Positions 9,707-19,898 of a stretch of DNA of 64,000 bases are shown in pieces. Location of the stretch: positions 15,003-79,002 of the forward strand of contig CAYMGP010000006.1 in NCBI GenBank assembly GCA_964390045.1, written 5' to 3'. The DNA comes from an uncultured Spirochaetaceae bacterium. GTDB taxonomy: Bacteria; Spirochaetota; Spirochaetia; SZUA-6; DRHE01. A program made the position numbers and the translations under genes. The first letter of the stretch is position 1, and every line of letters begins with the position of its first letter. Under the pieces are notes generated by a model. It saw only the letters and a list, made by a program, of their open reading frames with translations, had not been told where the DNA came from and did no database searches.

Positions 9707-10764
9707 TCGGCCAGCATGCGGATGCGGGTGAAGATGTAGTCCAGGGTGTCCCGTTTGAGAATCACACGAAAGCAGTCGCTTCCATCCAGGTGTTGGGGTT
9801 GCTGTCCGTCGAAATCGAAGTGCCGTCTGCCGCGCTTCCTGTCAAACCAGTGAACCAAGGAAATTGCGCCGTCTCCAATCTCAATGGCCGTGATGCCCCG
9901 CTTTCCGATGCAGCAGCCGGAATTGAACAGGCAGGGAATCAACAGCCTGGCATTGTAGATGCTGAGCCGGCTCTTCCGTTCGCCTTTCTCATCGTAGATA
10001 CGATCCAGTTCCGCCTTGTGCCGTTGGATGTCCGCCGACAGCCTGCTTCGCTCCCGCGCCCGGGCCGTCGTATACTCCCTGCACAGTCTCTCGATCGTGA
10101 AGCGCAGGGTGTCCACCTTGGACAGCGACTCGAACAGGGGTCGATGGGTGTGCCCCACGATCGCGGCGATGCGGGCAGACTGAGAAAAGGCGTACACCCT
10201 CCGCTCCATGCGATACTGGCGCAGTTTGCTGCTGGACACAGAATAATTTCTTATCCGCAGCGGCCTGGCTACGTAGCGCAGGGTCAATCCGATCAGCACA
10301 TTGAAGCGGGTCTGGAAATTGGAAGCCTGATGCCCGTGGAAAACGAACAGAACGTCATCCCGATATTGGATCTTGAGTGCTTCCAACAGGCCCGCATGAA
10401 AGGGGTACTCCCTGTACAGGGGCAGGGCGATGTCGTGGTTTCCCACAATCTTATGCAATCTGCCCTGCCCGTCGTACTCCCCGAATATATCGTACAGCTC
10501 CGGCCAGCGACCTTCGACCTCGCTCAGCGAGAAGCGATGCATCTCCTCGACGTCTCCGTTGAGCACCAGCGAATAGCCTGCCGGCAGGTAGTGGCTCCTG
10601 AGGACATTCATGAACAGCCGAGCATTCTTCAGGAAGTCGTCCCCGGGACCACGGTTGCCCACATGCAGATCGCTGAAGATCACCAGCCGATCCCGATTGG
10701 AGATCTTGATTATCGGCGCGCCGTGATACAAGGTTTGCAGGTACAGGGAGATGGGATCCTGCAT
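9703..10764 (-). CDS. Calcineurin-like metallophosphoesterase
   Basis: Motifs DLHVGN, GDDF, LNGDVEE and GNHD are present. The start was taken at the internal Met (MQDPISLY), because the 70-aa upstream extension is Gly/Arg/Pro-rich and not protein-like. Confidence 0.65.
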   Translation of the reverse strand: MQDPISLYLQTLYHGAPIIKISNRDRLVIFSDLHVGNRGPGDDFLKNARLFMNVLRSHYLPAGYSLVLNGDVEEMHRFSLSEVEGRWPELYDIFGEYDGQGRLHKIVGNHDIALPLYREYPFHAGLLEALKIQYRDDVLFVFHGHQASNFQTRFNVLIGLTLRYVARPLRIRNYSVSSSKLRQYRMERRVYAFSQSARIAAIVGHTHRPLFESLSKVDTLRFTIERLCREYTTARARERSRLSADIQRHKAELDRIYDEKGERKSRLSIYNARLLIPCLFNSGCCIGKRGITAIEIGDGAISLVHWFDRKRGRRHFDFDGQQPQHLDGSDCFRVILKRDTLDYIFTRIRMLAD

Positions 10765-10874
10765 GCGCTCAATGTAGCACAGGGCAGCTGGTTCTGGTAG
10801 AGACCTTGGCTGAACGCCTGCGCGGTCCGGCGGCCGGAAAACACCTGCCCGGCCGAGTGGTCGAACACTTCCCC

Positions 10875-11684
10875 CTAGGCTGCCACCGCTGGAAACAGCA
10901 GGGGTACCAGGCCGTGTATCAAAACGTCCGCGGCAAAGTGGGCAGCCATGGCCGCCAGTAGTCCTCGCTTCCAAAACAACACGCCGAACACAACCCCCGG
11001 AACGAAGTTTATCACCATAATTCTAGCCACAACCAAGGCAGTTACATTCATCATGGCCTGGGCAGCGCCGAGGTGACTCGCCCCGAAGATCAGTGCGGAC
11101 ACCAGGACAGCTGTCCAAATCTTCCAAGTCGTCACCGTGGATTTTTTTCGAAAAACCGGCCCCAGGAGCCACAGCAGCAGATTCATCACGAACAGGCGAG
11201 TTACAAGTTCTTCGTTGATGCCTCCGTAAAAGCTCGAAAGCAGACCGCGCCACCAGCCGGGCGCGCTCGCTCCCTCGACCAACTCGATCTCGATAAAGCG
11301 GACAAACAGTACATCTAAAGCGGTGATCACGGCGCCGGCCGCCAGGCCCGCAAGAACAGCGAAGCCCAGCACTCCGGCCAGAGCCCTACGTTTGGCTTCG
11401 TAATCATTCCCGCGTTTCCGGTACACGAGATCCTCGAGCGGCGGTGCTCCCAGACCCGTCTTCCTGCTCAGCAGCAGGCCGAGAAAGGCACAGACAGCGG
11501 CAATCAGGAAACCCTGAAGGAATACCGCCAACAAGAACAGGGGCATGGGCATCGACTGCTGCACGCCCGAAAACATGGCCGGGGCCGAGGGCACCAAGCC
11601 CAGAGAACCGAGGGCGGTCAGCCCGAGCAGTACAAAGTACAGCTTCCAGGGCAGCGCGCCTTTCTTCGTATTTTTTTGTTCCAT
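10875..11684 (-). CDS. CPBP (CAAX-protease/Abi) family intramembrane metalloprotease
   Basis: EELVTRLF (EExxxR) and FGASH motifs are present in a multi-TM protein. Confidence 0.7.
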   Translation of the reverse strand: MEQKNTKKGALPWKLYFVLLGLTALGSLGLVPSAPAMFSGVQQSMPMPLFLLAVFLQGFLIAAVCAFLGLLLSRKTGLGAPPLEDLVYRKRGNDYEAKRRALAGVLGFAVLAGLAAGAVITALDVLFVRFIEIELVEGASAPGWWRGLLSSFYGGINEELVTRLFVMNLLLWLLGPVFRKKSTVTTWKIWTAVLVSALIFGASHLGAAQAMMNVTALVVARIMVINFVPGVVFGVLFWKRGLLAAMAAHFAADVLIHGLVPLLFPAVAA

Positions 11685-11900
11685 GATGTTCCTCCTACAT
11701 AATTTCGTAGAAAAAATACCCTGTTCGGATGGGCAGCGGAATCGGGGGTTTCCCTGGTTCTGCCGTAAACTGCGGATTAAGGGAATTCCCCTACTCAGCG
11801 GGTTTCCATGCGAGCCGCGTTTTGGATTGCCGCACTAAAGGTGAATCTGCTTTATCTTCAATCAGCCCTCCTATATACTCAACGATATGAAGAGGGCAAC

Positions 11901-13124
11901 ATGGGTGGAGCACTAGAAGGAATCTCTGTAGTCGATCTCAGTCACGTGCTGGCCGGTCCATTCTGCACTATGATCCTGGCAGACCTTGGTGCGCAAGTCA
12001 TCAAGATCGAGCCGCCGGGCGGAGATGATGCCCGCCGCTTTGGACCGTTCGTACGCGAACAGGGCCGGCCGGAGAACAAGCACAGCGCCTATTTTATAAG
12101 CATAAACAGGAACAAGAAGAGTCTGTGCCTGGATCTGAAAACCTCTCAGGGCAAGCGGGTCCTTGAAGATCTGTTGAAAAACGCCGACGTGGTCGTGGAA
12201 AACTTCCGACCTACCACGATGAGCAAATTGGGTTTCTCCTGGCAGAAAATACAGGAAATCAACGAGCGAATTATCTACTGCTCGATCTGCGGATTTGGTC
12301 ACGATGCACTGCCGGAGTTTGCAGAAAAGCCGGCCTACGACATGATCGCACAGGCCTACAGCGGGATCATGAGCATCACAGGTCCCGAGGGTGGTCCCCC
12401 TGTACGGATCGGTACTTCAGTAGGTGACATCGTGGCCGGTCATCAGGGGGCGATCGGAATCCTGGCTGCACTGCACCACAGAATCCGCTCCGGAAAAGGT
12501 CAATACATAGATATCGCAATGGTGGACGGTCTCGTTTATATCCTCGAGAATGCAGTGGTACGCTATTCGGTAGACCGGGAGATACCAAAGCCTCTTGGTA
12601 CGGCCCATCCTTCCGTCACACCCTTTCAAGCATTCAAGAGCAAGGACGGAAAATGGATCGTCATCCCGATTGGAAACGACATACTTTGGAAACGGTTCTG
12701 CGAGACCCTCGGGAAACCGGAGCTTATAGATAATGAACGTTATAAAAGCAACGAGCTGCGAACCGAGAATCGTCAGCGGCTGCTGCAGATCCTCGAGGGG
12801 GAGATGAAAAAACGAACGCTGGCCGATTGGCTTCAAGCCCTGGAGGCGGCCGGGCTTCCGAACTCTCCGCTGAATACCGTGGATAGAGTCGCCGAGGATC
12901 CGAATCTGCGCTACCGGCAGATGATTATCGACGTCGAGCAGCCGGAAGTGGGATCGTTGACCGTGGTAGGCTCTCCCTTCAAAATGTCAGAAACTCCTGC
13001 CTCGGTCCGAAGCCCGGCTCCTCGAAAGGGAGAACACAGCCGGCAGGTGCTTACAGGCTTTCTCGGCTATCCAGAATCAAAGGTCGAGAAGCTGGCCCAA
13101 GACAACGTGATCCGTTTATTATAG
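11901..13124 (+). CDS. Family III CoA-transferase (CaiB/BaiF / formyl-CoA transferase-like)
   Basis: The N-terminus GALEGISVVDLSHVLAGPFCTMILADLGAQVIKIEPPGGDDARRFGP is a canonical family III CoA-transferase signature. The start was placed at the internal ATG 11901 rather than the 5'-extended ORF. Confidence 0.8.
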   Translation: MGGALEGISVVDLSHVLAGPFCTMILADLGAQVIKIEPPGGDDARRFGPFVREQGRPENKHSAYFISINRNKKSLCLDLKTSQGKRVLEDLLKNADVVVENFRPTTMSKLGFSWQKIQEINERIIYCSICGFGHDALPEFAEKPAYDMIAQAYSGIMSITGPEGGPPVRIGTSVGDIVAGHQGAIGILAALHHRIRSGKGQYIDIAMVDGLVYILENAVVRYSVDREIPKPLGTAHPSVTPFQAFKSKDGKWIVIPIGNDILWKRFCETLGKPELIDNERYKSNELRTENRQRLLQILEGEMKKRTLADWLQALEAAGLPNSPLNTVDRVAEDPNLRYRQMIIDVEQPEVGSLTVVGSPFKMSETPASVRSPAPRKGEHSRQVLTGFLGYPESKVEKLAQDNVIRLL

Positions 13125-14018
13125 GTAACGCCGCAGCGTATTCATAAGCTCTACCCGGTTGCGGCAGCTGCACTTTCTGTAGATGTTGTAGAGGTGGGTC
13201 TCCACTGTCTTCTCTGAGATAAAAAGAGCCTTGCCGATAAGCCGAATGCTTTTCCCGGCACCGACCTGCTCGATGACCTCCGCTTCACGGGGCGTAATGC
13301 CGAAATCCTGCAGAAAATCAGCATGAATCCGGCCGGCTGTTTTCTCGCTCAGATAACCCCGGCGCATAAACACCACGATTTCCGCCAAGCCCCACAGCAA
13401 ACAGAAGGCAGCTCTGGGAAGGACGCTCAGCAGGCTGCCTGTGAAATCGAGGAAATAGGAGAGGGATACAATCAACAGGCAAAGAAAGGCTGCCGCTGAA
13501 AAACGAAGGAAAACCGCCAGATTGTCAGGAAGTCGAATACTGCTCCGTGTGATCCGCAGATTGGCAAACAGAGACAGGATGGTGAGGTAGCCGTAATAGA
13601 GGGTGGACACTCCTCCGACAACAGGCAGGCTGATCCGGCGCAGTAGAGCGAGAACCACGCCGCAGTACAGAAGCGGTGCAATCAAAAACAGCAGATGGGA
13701 TCGATTTCGGATACCTCGGTTGCCGGGTTTGGAAAGACGTGCCGCCAGATAGGCGAACAGATACAGGACCGCAGCCGATACCGCCGTACGGACCAGTCCG
13801 AGGGCAAGGCGAACTCCCGCTCCGATGGGCCGCAGATAAACTTCCGTGAAAAACAGGTAGGTGAAGATCAACAGCCACAGATCGAAAATGGTCATCAGCA
13901 GGAGATAGATGCCTTGGACGGGACGACGGGAGCGGAAGTAGCGGAACGCAGAGATGACGACAGCGATACTGAGAACGGTGAATCCGAATATGCTGAACCA
14001 GAGCAGGAAAATCGCCAT
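13119..14018 (-). CDS. Membrane-embedded LuxR-family (HTH) transcriptional regulator
   Basis: The C-terminal LuxR-type HTH is ITPREAEVIEQVGAGKSIRLIGKALFISEKTVETHLYNIYRKC, preceded by about 6 TM helices. The start is uncertain (14171 versus internal Met at 14018). Confidence 0.55.
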   Translation of the reverse strand: MAIFLLWFSIFGFTVLSIAVVISAFRYFRSRRPVQGIYLLLMTIFDLWLLIFTYLFFTEVYLRPIGAGVRLALGLVRTAVSAAVLYLFAYLAARLSKPGNRGIRNRSHLLFLIAPLLYCGVVLALLRRISLPVVGGVSTLYYGYLTILSLFANLRITRSSIRLPDNLAVFLRFSAAAFLCLLIVSLSYFLDFTGSLLSVLPRAAFCLLWGLAEIVVFMRRGYLSEKTAGRIHADFLQDFGITPREAEVIEQVGAGKSIRLIGKALFISEKTVETHLYNIYRKCSCRNRVELMNTLRRYL

Positions 14019-14157
14019 CGGGTTTAGACCCTTCCGGAGCTTGTCCCGGGGGGAGGGAAAAGTCAAGAGTTCTCGTGGCACAGCTGCAGGAGGATGAAAA
14101 TACTGCCCTGGTGCATTTTCCTCTATCCGATCCGTAGCTAGCCTGCTATGATACAAC

Positions 14158-14862
14158 ATGAGTACACACATCGGAGCGAAAAAAGGAGAGATCGCACCCG
14201 CCGTTTTGCTTCCCGGGGACCCACTGCGGGCCCGCTATGTGGCTGAAACTTATCTGGAAAAACCCGTCTGCCACAGCCAGGTTCGGGGTATGCTCGGTTT
14301 TACAGGCACCTATAATGGAAAGAAGGTATCGGTTCAGGGCACCGGTATGGGAATCCCTTCGCTCTCGATCTATGTCCATGAACTGATCGTCGAATACGGA
14401 GTCAGCCGGCTGATCCGCGTCGGTACCTGTGGCGCGCTGCACGCTAGTCTGAAGCTGGGAGACGTTGTCCTCGCCCAGGCCGCATCGACAGATTCGGCTG
14501 TCAACAGAATCCGCTTCGGCGGCTGTGACTTCGCCCCGGCTGCAGATTTCCAGCTGCTCTGTACAGCCCACGATGCGGCCAACGATCAGGGAGTGAGCGT
14601 TCGGGTCGGAACGGTTTTGTCCACAGACACCTTCTACTCAGACGATCCGGATTCCTGGAAGCTTTGGGCTCGTTACGGGGTCCTGGCCGCGGACATGGAA
14701 ACAGCGGAGCTTTACACCCTGTCCTCCGGCCATCGCGTTCAGGGACTTTCGATCCTCACGGTCAGCGACAATATCATGACAGGCCAGAGCGCAACCTCCG
14801 AGCAGCGCCAGGAGGGTTATACAGCCATGATGGAGATTGCCCTGGCGGCGGCCGCCGTCTGA
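14158..14862 (+). CDS. deoD: Purine nucleoside phosphorylase, DeoD-type
   Basis: [34 protein letters not shown]...GTGMGIPS...[10 protein letters not shown] is diagnostic for the PNP/UDP phosphorylase (DeoD) family. Confidence 0.85.
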   Translation: MSTHIGAKKGEIAPAVLLPGDPLRARYVAETYLEKPVCHSQVRGMLGFTGTYNGKKVSVQGTGMGIPSLSIYVHELIVEYGVSRLIRVGTCGALHASLKLGDVVLAQAASTDSAVNRIRFGGCDFAPAADFQLLCTAHDAANDQGVSVRVGTVLSTDTFYSDDPDSWKLWARYGVLAADMETAELYTLSSGHRVQGLSILTVSDNIMTGQSATSEQRQEGYTAMMEIALAAAAV

Positions 14863-14870
14863 AGCCCTAC

Positions 14871-16118
14871 CTATTCGATATCCCGCGGAGTGAACCCGAG
14901 AGTCTCATGAATGGTTGCTAATAGGGGAAGACGCAGCAAAAGGTCTACAGCAATGCCTATTAGAAAGATATATTCCGGTCCGATATGATCCCAGATCAAT
15001 CCTGCCAGTAAGGGTAGAGGAACACTGAATAAACCCCTCACCAATCCGACAATCCCGATCCAGCGACCCATCAGTTCTTTGGGGACGATTTCTGCGGCCA
15101 TGGCCAGAACGAACAACGCACTAATCGTGTGAAATCCGAACAGCAAGCCGGAAGCCAGGAGCATTATCGGACCGTTGGCCAAGACAAGGAGCAAGCCGGA
15201 AGCATATGAAATCGGCGCGAGAAGATAGAGGAGTTTCTTTCTACCGAAGCGATCGGCCAGTCTACCAAGGGGAATGGAGAACAGCAGAGGAGCAATCGCG
15301 ATCGTAGTGGCAATCCCGCCGAGCATGAATTCGTTTGCTCCCTTTATCTGGTGGGCGAAAAGAGGTAAAAAAGGCTTCTGCATGGCCCAGGGGATTTCCA
15401 TCAGAGCAATCATAATCAGAAAGCGCGGTATCGCAGGGCCCTGTTGAAATACAACGCCGAAATCCCTCCAGGGTGTGAACTTCCTGCCCGCGCCGTGCTG
15501 CTTGTACTCCCGGACGAAGATAAACAGGATCACAAAAATGAACCCAAACACTCCGAGCTGCACCTTATACAGAGAGCGCAGGCTGGCAATCTCTATGCCG
15601 CCAAAAGCGGAGATCATCCAGGCGGCCAGGATCGGTGCGATCAGTGTCACCACGGATGATAGACTTCTGCATATCCCCCGAGATGTACCCCGTTCCTCGT
15701 TCTTTAAATCTCGAGCACCGATTACCGTACAGGATGTGCAGGTAACGCGCATACCAACGTAGAAAAGTATCATCACGGCGTACAGAGCGGCCCAGTGGGG
15801 CGCCACGGCGTAGAGCAGGGAAGATACAGCCAGCAGAACTGTTCCTATCAATAGGATCGTCTTCAGGCTGTACCTGTCAATAAACCAGCCGGCCGGTATA
15901 GATGCGATGGCGCCGACGGCGTTGGCGACGCTGTGGATCGACCCGAGTTGCGTAGGGCTGGCGCCCAGCATGGTGGCATAAATCGAGTTGTACTGGGAGG
16001 TGAGGTTTGCCGCCACCGCGTGCAGAGCACGGCGCAGCAGCATTACTTTGTAGTTGTGCGTTTGACGACGAATGAATCCGAGCGATCTGCTCAGAAGGTT
16101 CTCTGGGTTATGGGACAA
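14871..16118 (-). CDS. MFS transporter
   Basis: About 12 TM helices with an MFS-like topology. Confidence 0.7.
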   Translation of the reverse strand: MSHNPENLLSRSLGFIRRQTHNYKVMLLRRALHAVAANLTSQYNSIYATMLGASPTQLGSIHSVANAVGAIASIPAGWFIDRYSLKTILLIGTVLLAVSSLLYAVAPHWAALYAVMILFYVGMRVTCTSCTVIGARDLKNEERGTSRGICRSLSSVVTLIAPILAAWMISAFGGIEIASLRSLYKVQLGVFGFIFVILFIFVREYKQHGAGRKFTPWRDFGVVFQQGPAIPRFLIMIALMEIPWAMQKPFLPLFAHQIKGANEFMLGGIATTIAIAPLLFSIPLGRLADRFGRKKLLYLLAPISYASGLLLVLANGPIMLLASGLLFGFHTISALFVLAMAAEIVPKELMGRWIGIVGLVRGLFSVPLPLLAGLIWDHIGPEYIFLIGIAVDLLLRLPLLATIHETLGFTPRDIE

Positions 16119-17280
16119 TTCTTTTCTTCGTGTATGGCAAAATTTTGACTACCACGATATTCACCTTACCCTGACTGTGTCAAGGGCGGCTCATCGGGAT
16201 GTTGACCCCCGCTCAAGCCAGTTGTACTCTTCGGGTGTGAGCAATAACAAGAAATCAACAGTTTTCCCAAAAACTGAAGAAAAGTCCCGGCTTCTGGAAA
16301 GCCTCGCAGTATTTCAAACTCTCGAACCGGAGGAGCTGGAAGTTGTGGCAGAACACAGCGCCTGGCTGCACTGTCACAAGGGAGAAGTTGTATTCGGCCC
16401 GGAACAGGATCAAGGGAAGGGCCATGGGCGGGTCTATGCTGTCTACGAAGGGGAAGTGCTTATCACGAAAAGCGGGGACGAGAAAAGGAATATCAGTCTG
16501 GCTACCTTTGTAAAGGGAGAGAGCTTCGGCGAGCTTTCTCTGTTCGATCGGGAGCCGGGCAACAATGTGGCCCTCTGCGAGCAGGACACGACCCTTCTCG
16601 TGTTTCCTCTGGATGGTCTGGCAGGCACCCTGTTTGCACAACATCCGAAGATCGGGGCCAAAGTCCTCAGCAATCTCCTGGCCATGGTAGCACGGCGCAT
16701 TCGTTCCACCAATCGTCTGATCGCTGAAAAGACGCCCTGGGTAGAGGAGCTGAGGCGGCAGGTTATGATCGACAAGCTTACCGGACTTTACAATGCGGGT
16801 TATCTCGAGCAGGAGCTCGCCCAAACGATCGATCAACGTCAGGCAGGAGTTTCCCTGTTGATGATCAAGCCGGACAACCTCAAGACACTGAATGACCGCT
16901 TCGGGCACAAGGCGGGCGACAGAACCCTCCAGCTGATGGCCGCAGAGCTCCGCACCCTGCTTGGCGACGGCCCAACCCCGGTTCGCTACAAGGGGGATGT
17001 GTTTACCGTGATTATGCCCGAAGCGAGCCATGAGGCGGCAAAGCAAACAGCGTACACGATCCGACAAGCAATGCGAACAATCGATCTCACTGAATTAACA
17101 GCCGACAGCGCCTCAAAAAATGCAGGAGAACAGTGCCTGCGCATAACTGTGAGTGTGGGAGTGGCTTGCTATCCGAACGGATGTGCCTCGGCGGCACAGC
17201 TTGTCGAGGGAGCCTACAGAAACATGTTCGTAGCACGCAACAGAGGCGGTAACCGCATCTACAGCCAACGAAAGAAGTGA
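16072..17280 (+). CDS. Cyclic-nucleotide-binding domain protein fused to a degenerate GGDEF domain (KGDVF instead of GGDEF)
   Basis: A cNMP-binding fold is present (FVKGESFGELSLFDREP). The GGDEF-type domain reads LTGLYNAGYL...RFGHKAGD...RYKGDVFTVIMPE, so the catalytic GG(D/E)EF is replaced by KGDVF. The real start is probably TTG 16222 or GTG 16237, because the ORF-track start overlaps the upstream MFS gene by 47 nt. Confidence 0.65.
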   Translation: MNPSDLLRRFSGLWDNSFLRVWQNFDYHDIHLTLTVSRAAHRDVDPRSSQLYSSGVSNNKKSTVFPKTEEKSRLLESLAVFQTLEPEELEVVAEHSAWLHCHKGEVVFGPEQDQGKGHGRVYAVYEGEVLITKSGDEKRNISLATFVKGESFGELSLFDREPGNNVALCEQDTTLLVFPLDGLAGTLFAQHPKIGAKVLSNLLAMVARRIRSTNRLIAEKTPWVEELRRQVMIDKLTGLYNAGYLEQELAQTIDQRQAGVSLLMIKPDNLKTLNDRFGHKAGDRTLQLMAAELRTLLGDGPTPVRYKGDVFTVIMPEASHEAAKQTAYTIRQAMRTIDLTELTADSASKNAGEQCLRITVSVGVACYPNGCASAAQLVEGAYRNMFVARNRGGNRIYSQRKK

Positions 17281-17290
17281 TTGAAAACCG

Positions 17291-18289
17291 GTGAGCAAAA
17301 AAACAGAGTTTCTAAAAAGCGTTCGTATTTTCCGCGATCTCTCCGAAGATGAGCTCCGTAGCATTCTCGGTGTGCTTCACCCCCGCGATATGCGCGAGGG
17401 GGAAACCCTCTTCAGGCAGGGAGATCCGGGAGGGGAGCTTTTCATCGTGGAATCCGGTTCCATAGGCATTTCCGTCACCTTGGCCGACGGCAACAGCCTC
17501 GAGATCGCCAGCTTCAGCTCCGGGGATTTCTTAGGAGAGATGTCGATCTTCGAAAAGGAACCTCGCTCGGCCACCTGCTACGCAAAAAACCACTGCCGTC
17601 TGCTCTCTCTCAAAGACAGGGAGTTTTTCGATCTGTTCGGGTCGAATCCGGCCGGTGCGGCCAAGATCATGCGCCGTATGCTTTCCGTCACCCGCCGGAG
17701 GATGGAAGACGCAGGAGGGTTTCTCTCAGATATGGTCCAATGGGGCGAAGAAGCCCGTAAAAGGGCCATCACCGATCCGCTCACCGGCCTGTACAACAGA
17801 CGCTTTCTCGAGGAAGCGCTCGAGGAATACTTCATGAAGGCTCGGGACAACTCGGGGGTTCTGTCGCTGGTCATGCTCGATCTCGACCACTTCAGGACAA
17901 TCAATGAACGGTATTCCGAAAAAGTAGGTGATACGGTGATCCTTGCAGCGGCGGAGGTTTTCGGCAAGCAGCTGCGTCCCTCCGACGTGGCGGCCCGCTA
18001 CGGCGGAGATGAGTTTACCTTTCTACTCCCAGGAACCGATGCCGAGACAGCCAGATCGTTGATGGAAAAAATTCGCAGGGATGTGGCCGAGCTCCCCCTG
18101 CTCGAGGAGCTTGACGGACCGGTCCGTCGGGTGACGACCAGCCAGGGCATCGCCTGTTTCCCCGATCACGCATCGAGCCCGCAAAGTCTCCGTGAAGCTG
18201 CGGATGCGGCCCTCTACCGGGCCAAAGAATTGGGCCGCAACCGGGTGATCGTGGCTTCCGGTCGCTGCTCCGATCACCCGGTTGTGTAG
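17291..18289 (+). CDS. Cyclic-nucleotide-binding domain plus GGDEF diguanylate cyclase (intact GGDEF)
   Basis: The cNMP-binding fold (GDFLGEMSIFEKEPRSATCYA) is followed by a GGDEF domain with an intact RYGGDEF motif and DPLTGLYNRR. This is a paralogous layout to the upstream gene. Confidence 0.8.
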   Translation: MSKKTEFLKSVRIFRDLSEDELRSILGVLHPRDMREGETLFRQGDPGGELFIVESGSIGISVTLADGNSLEIASFSSGDFLGEMSIFEKEPRSATCYAKNHCRLLSLKDREFFDLFGSNPAGAAKIMRRMLSVTRRRMEDAGGFLSDMVQWGEEARKRAITDPLTGLYNRRFLEEALEEYFMKARDNSGVLSLVMLDLDHFRTINERYSEKVGDTVILAAAEVFGKQLRPSDVAARYGGDEFTFLLPGTDAETARSLMEKIRRDVAELPLLEELDGPVRRVTTSQGIACFPDHASSPQSLREAADAALYRAKELGRNRVIVASGRCSDHPVV

Positions 18290-18311
18290 CGGGAATCCGA
18301 AGCAGCAATTC

Positions 18312-19727
18312 TCAGCTCGGCAACTTCGAGTTCTTCGTCTCGGCTGCCTCCTTTTTTCCGGGCCCGACCTCATACCAGTTTACCCTGCGAGTTAAAAGCA
18401 TTACCCCGGCCAGGATGACAAATAATCCCAACGAACCGATCAACAGGGCGTAATCCTCCGACTTCAGGGCCGCGTAGAGAAAGAGGTAGCCGGCGGAGAG
18501 CACGAGCGTCATCACCCAACCCCGGCGCCAGGCGGACAGCACTGCACTGGAATAGACTGTGATTAGAGCCACGGTGGTCAAGCCGGCCAGCAGATAGCTC
18601 CAGTCGAAACTGAGGTGCTCGGAGGCCTCGGAGACCGAGACGAGCAGCAGGTAGAAAAGACAGATCGCCAGCCCCACCAGCAGGTACTGGAACGGATGCA
18701 CCTTGCGGCCACTGGCCACCTCGAAGAGAAAGAAGATCAGGAAGGGCAGCAGCACGAAAAGGACTCCGTATTTTACGGAACGCTGAGATTTCAAATAGGT
18801 ATCCACGGGAATCATCAACTCCACCCCGAATATGGAGTCCAGCAGCTCGTACGCCTCCACCTCTCCCTGGAGCCAGCGCTGAGGGTAGCCTCTTCCCAGG
18901 GACAGAACGTACCAGTCCGCCTCAAAACCGTCATCGTCAAGGGTACGCTCGTCGGGAAGGAAGGCGCCGTTGAAGCTCGGGCTGGGCCAGCCGGAAACAA
19001 GGTGGACCCTGGTCTCCTCCCCCAGAGGAAGGAAGCTCAACGAGCGGCCTCCCTGGATATGCAGATCGAAGGAGAAGGTGCGGGTATTTTCGGGGTTGGT
19101 AATCTCGGATCTTGAAGACCCGGCAGCGAGGGGCGCCCGGCCGAGGGGTGCCCGGATTGCGCCGTCAAACATTCCCGCCTCCCCCTGACTGGCGGCAAAG
19201 GGAATCTCCCGGGAGTTCCAACGCAGCGTGACCCGGCGCTGCAGCCCCCGCATATCGGGAAGCTCCACCAGCAGGGCGGCGTCCTGCCACAGGATGTCCC
19301 TCTCGGCGATACGCCAATCGCCGAAATCGAACTCGGGAAAGGTCCCATGCAGCTCCAGGTCCGCCGTGTACACAGTGACTTCGTAGATTCCACGGCTGCG
19401 CTTTTCCGTACCCACCGACCCGCTCACCTCGAGGGACCGGGGTAAAAAGTAGGCCCGCTCGACAAATTCTTCGATATTGCCCTCTTCGTTCTTGATCCGC
19501 CTGATATAGGGCACGACGATTACAGGGCCGGCGATGATCTGCTCCCCACCCCACATCCCTATAATTTCCCCTTCCGCCTCCAGGCGGGTCATGTTCCGCT
19601 CCTCGATCAGGGACCTGATCATCTGCAGCGGAATCAGGAAGATGAGCAGGAGAACACCTATCAAAATCATTTTAAAAATCGTGTTCCAGTTCCTGTTCTC
19701 CTTCAAACTCCTTGAAAGTTTTTTCAT
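18312..19727 (-). CDS. creD: Cell envelope integrity inner-membrane protein CreD
   Basis: Strong similarity by recall to E. coli CreD: an N-terminal TM helix, a large periplasmic domain with the SGWPSPSFNGAFLP motif (E. coli SNWPHPSFLGDFLP), and a C-terminal TM bundle beginning HPFQYLLVGLAICLFYLLL (E. coli HPMQYLLVGLSLVMFYLLL). Confidence 0.75.
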   Translation of the reverse strand: MKKLSRSLKENRNWNTIFKMILIGVLLLIFLIPLQMIRSLIEERNMTRLEAEGEIIGMWGGEQIIAGPVIVVPYIRRIKNEEGNIEEFVERAYFLPRSLEVSGSVGTEKRSRGIYEVTVYTADLELHGTFPEFDFGDWRIAERDILWQDAALLVELPDMRGLQRRVTLRWNSREIPFAASQGEAGMFDGAIRAPLGRAPLAAGSSRSEITNPENTRTFSFDLHIQGGRSLSFLPLGEETRVHLVSGWPSPSFNGAFLPDERTLDDDGFEADWYVLSLGRGYPQRWLQGEVEAYELLDSIFGVELMIPVDTYLKSQRSVKYGVLFVLLPFLIFFLFEVASGRKVHPFQYLLVGLAICLFYLLLVSVSEASEHLSFDWSYLLAGLTTVALITVYSSAVLSAWRRGWVMTLVLSAGYLFLYAALKSEDYALLIGSLGLFVILAGVMLLTRRVNWYEVGPGKKEAAETKNSKLPS

Positions 19728-19898
19728 CCCTTTCCTCCTCTGTTTGTATCGCCCTCAAAGCTATCCCGGAGCGCTGACAACAACCGGGCAGAAGAATGAA
19801 GATCTCGAGAACAATTGCGGCGAGAATATGGCGAGGCTCCGGCTCGATCCCTGCCACAACTCTGGAAGCCAGCCGGCCCCTGTGGTAGAATCTTGTAA

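Noticed and set aside
9556-10800. 414-aa plus-strand ORF
   Set aside because: Antisense shadow of the metallophosphoesterase gene, with no motifs.
16255-17067. 270-aa minus-strand ORF
   Set aside because: Antisense to the cNMP–GGDEF gene.
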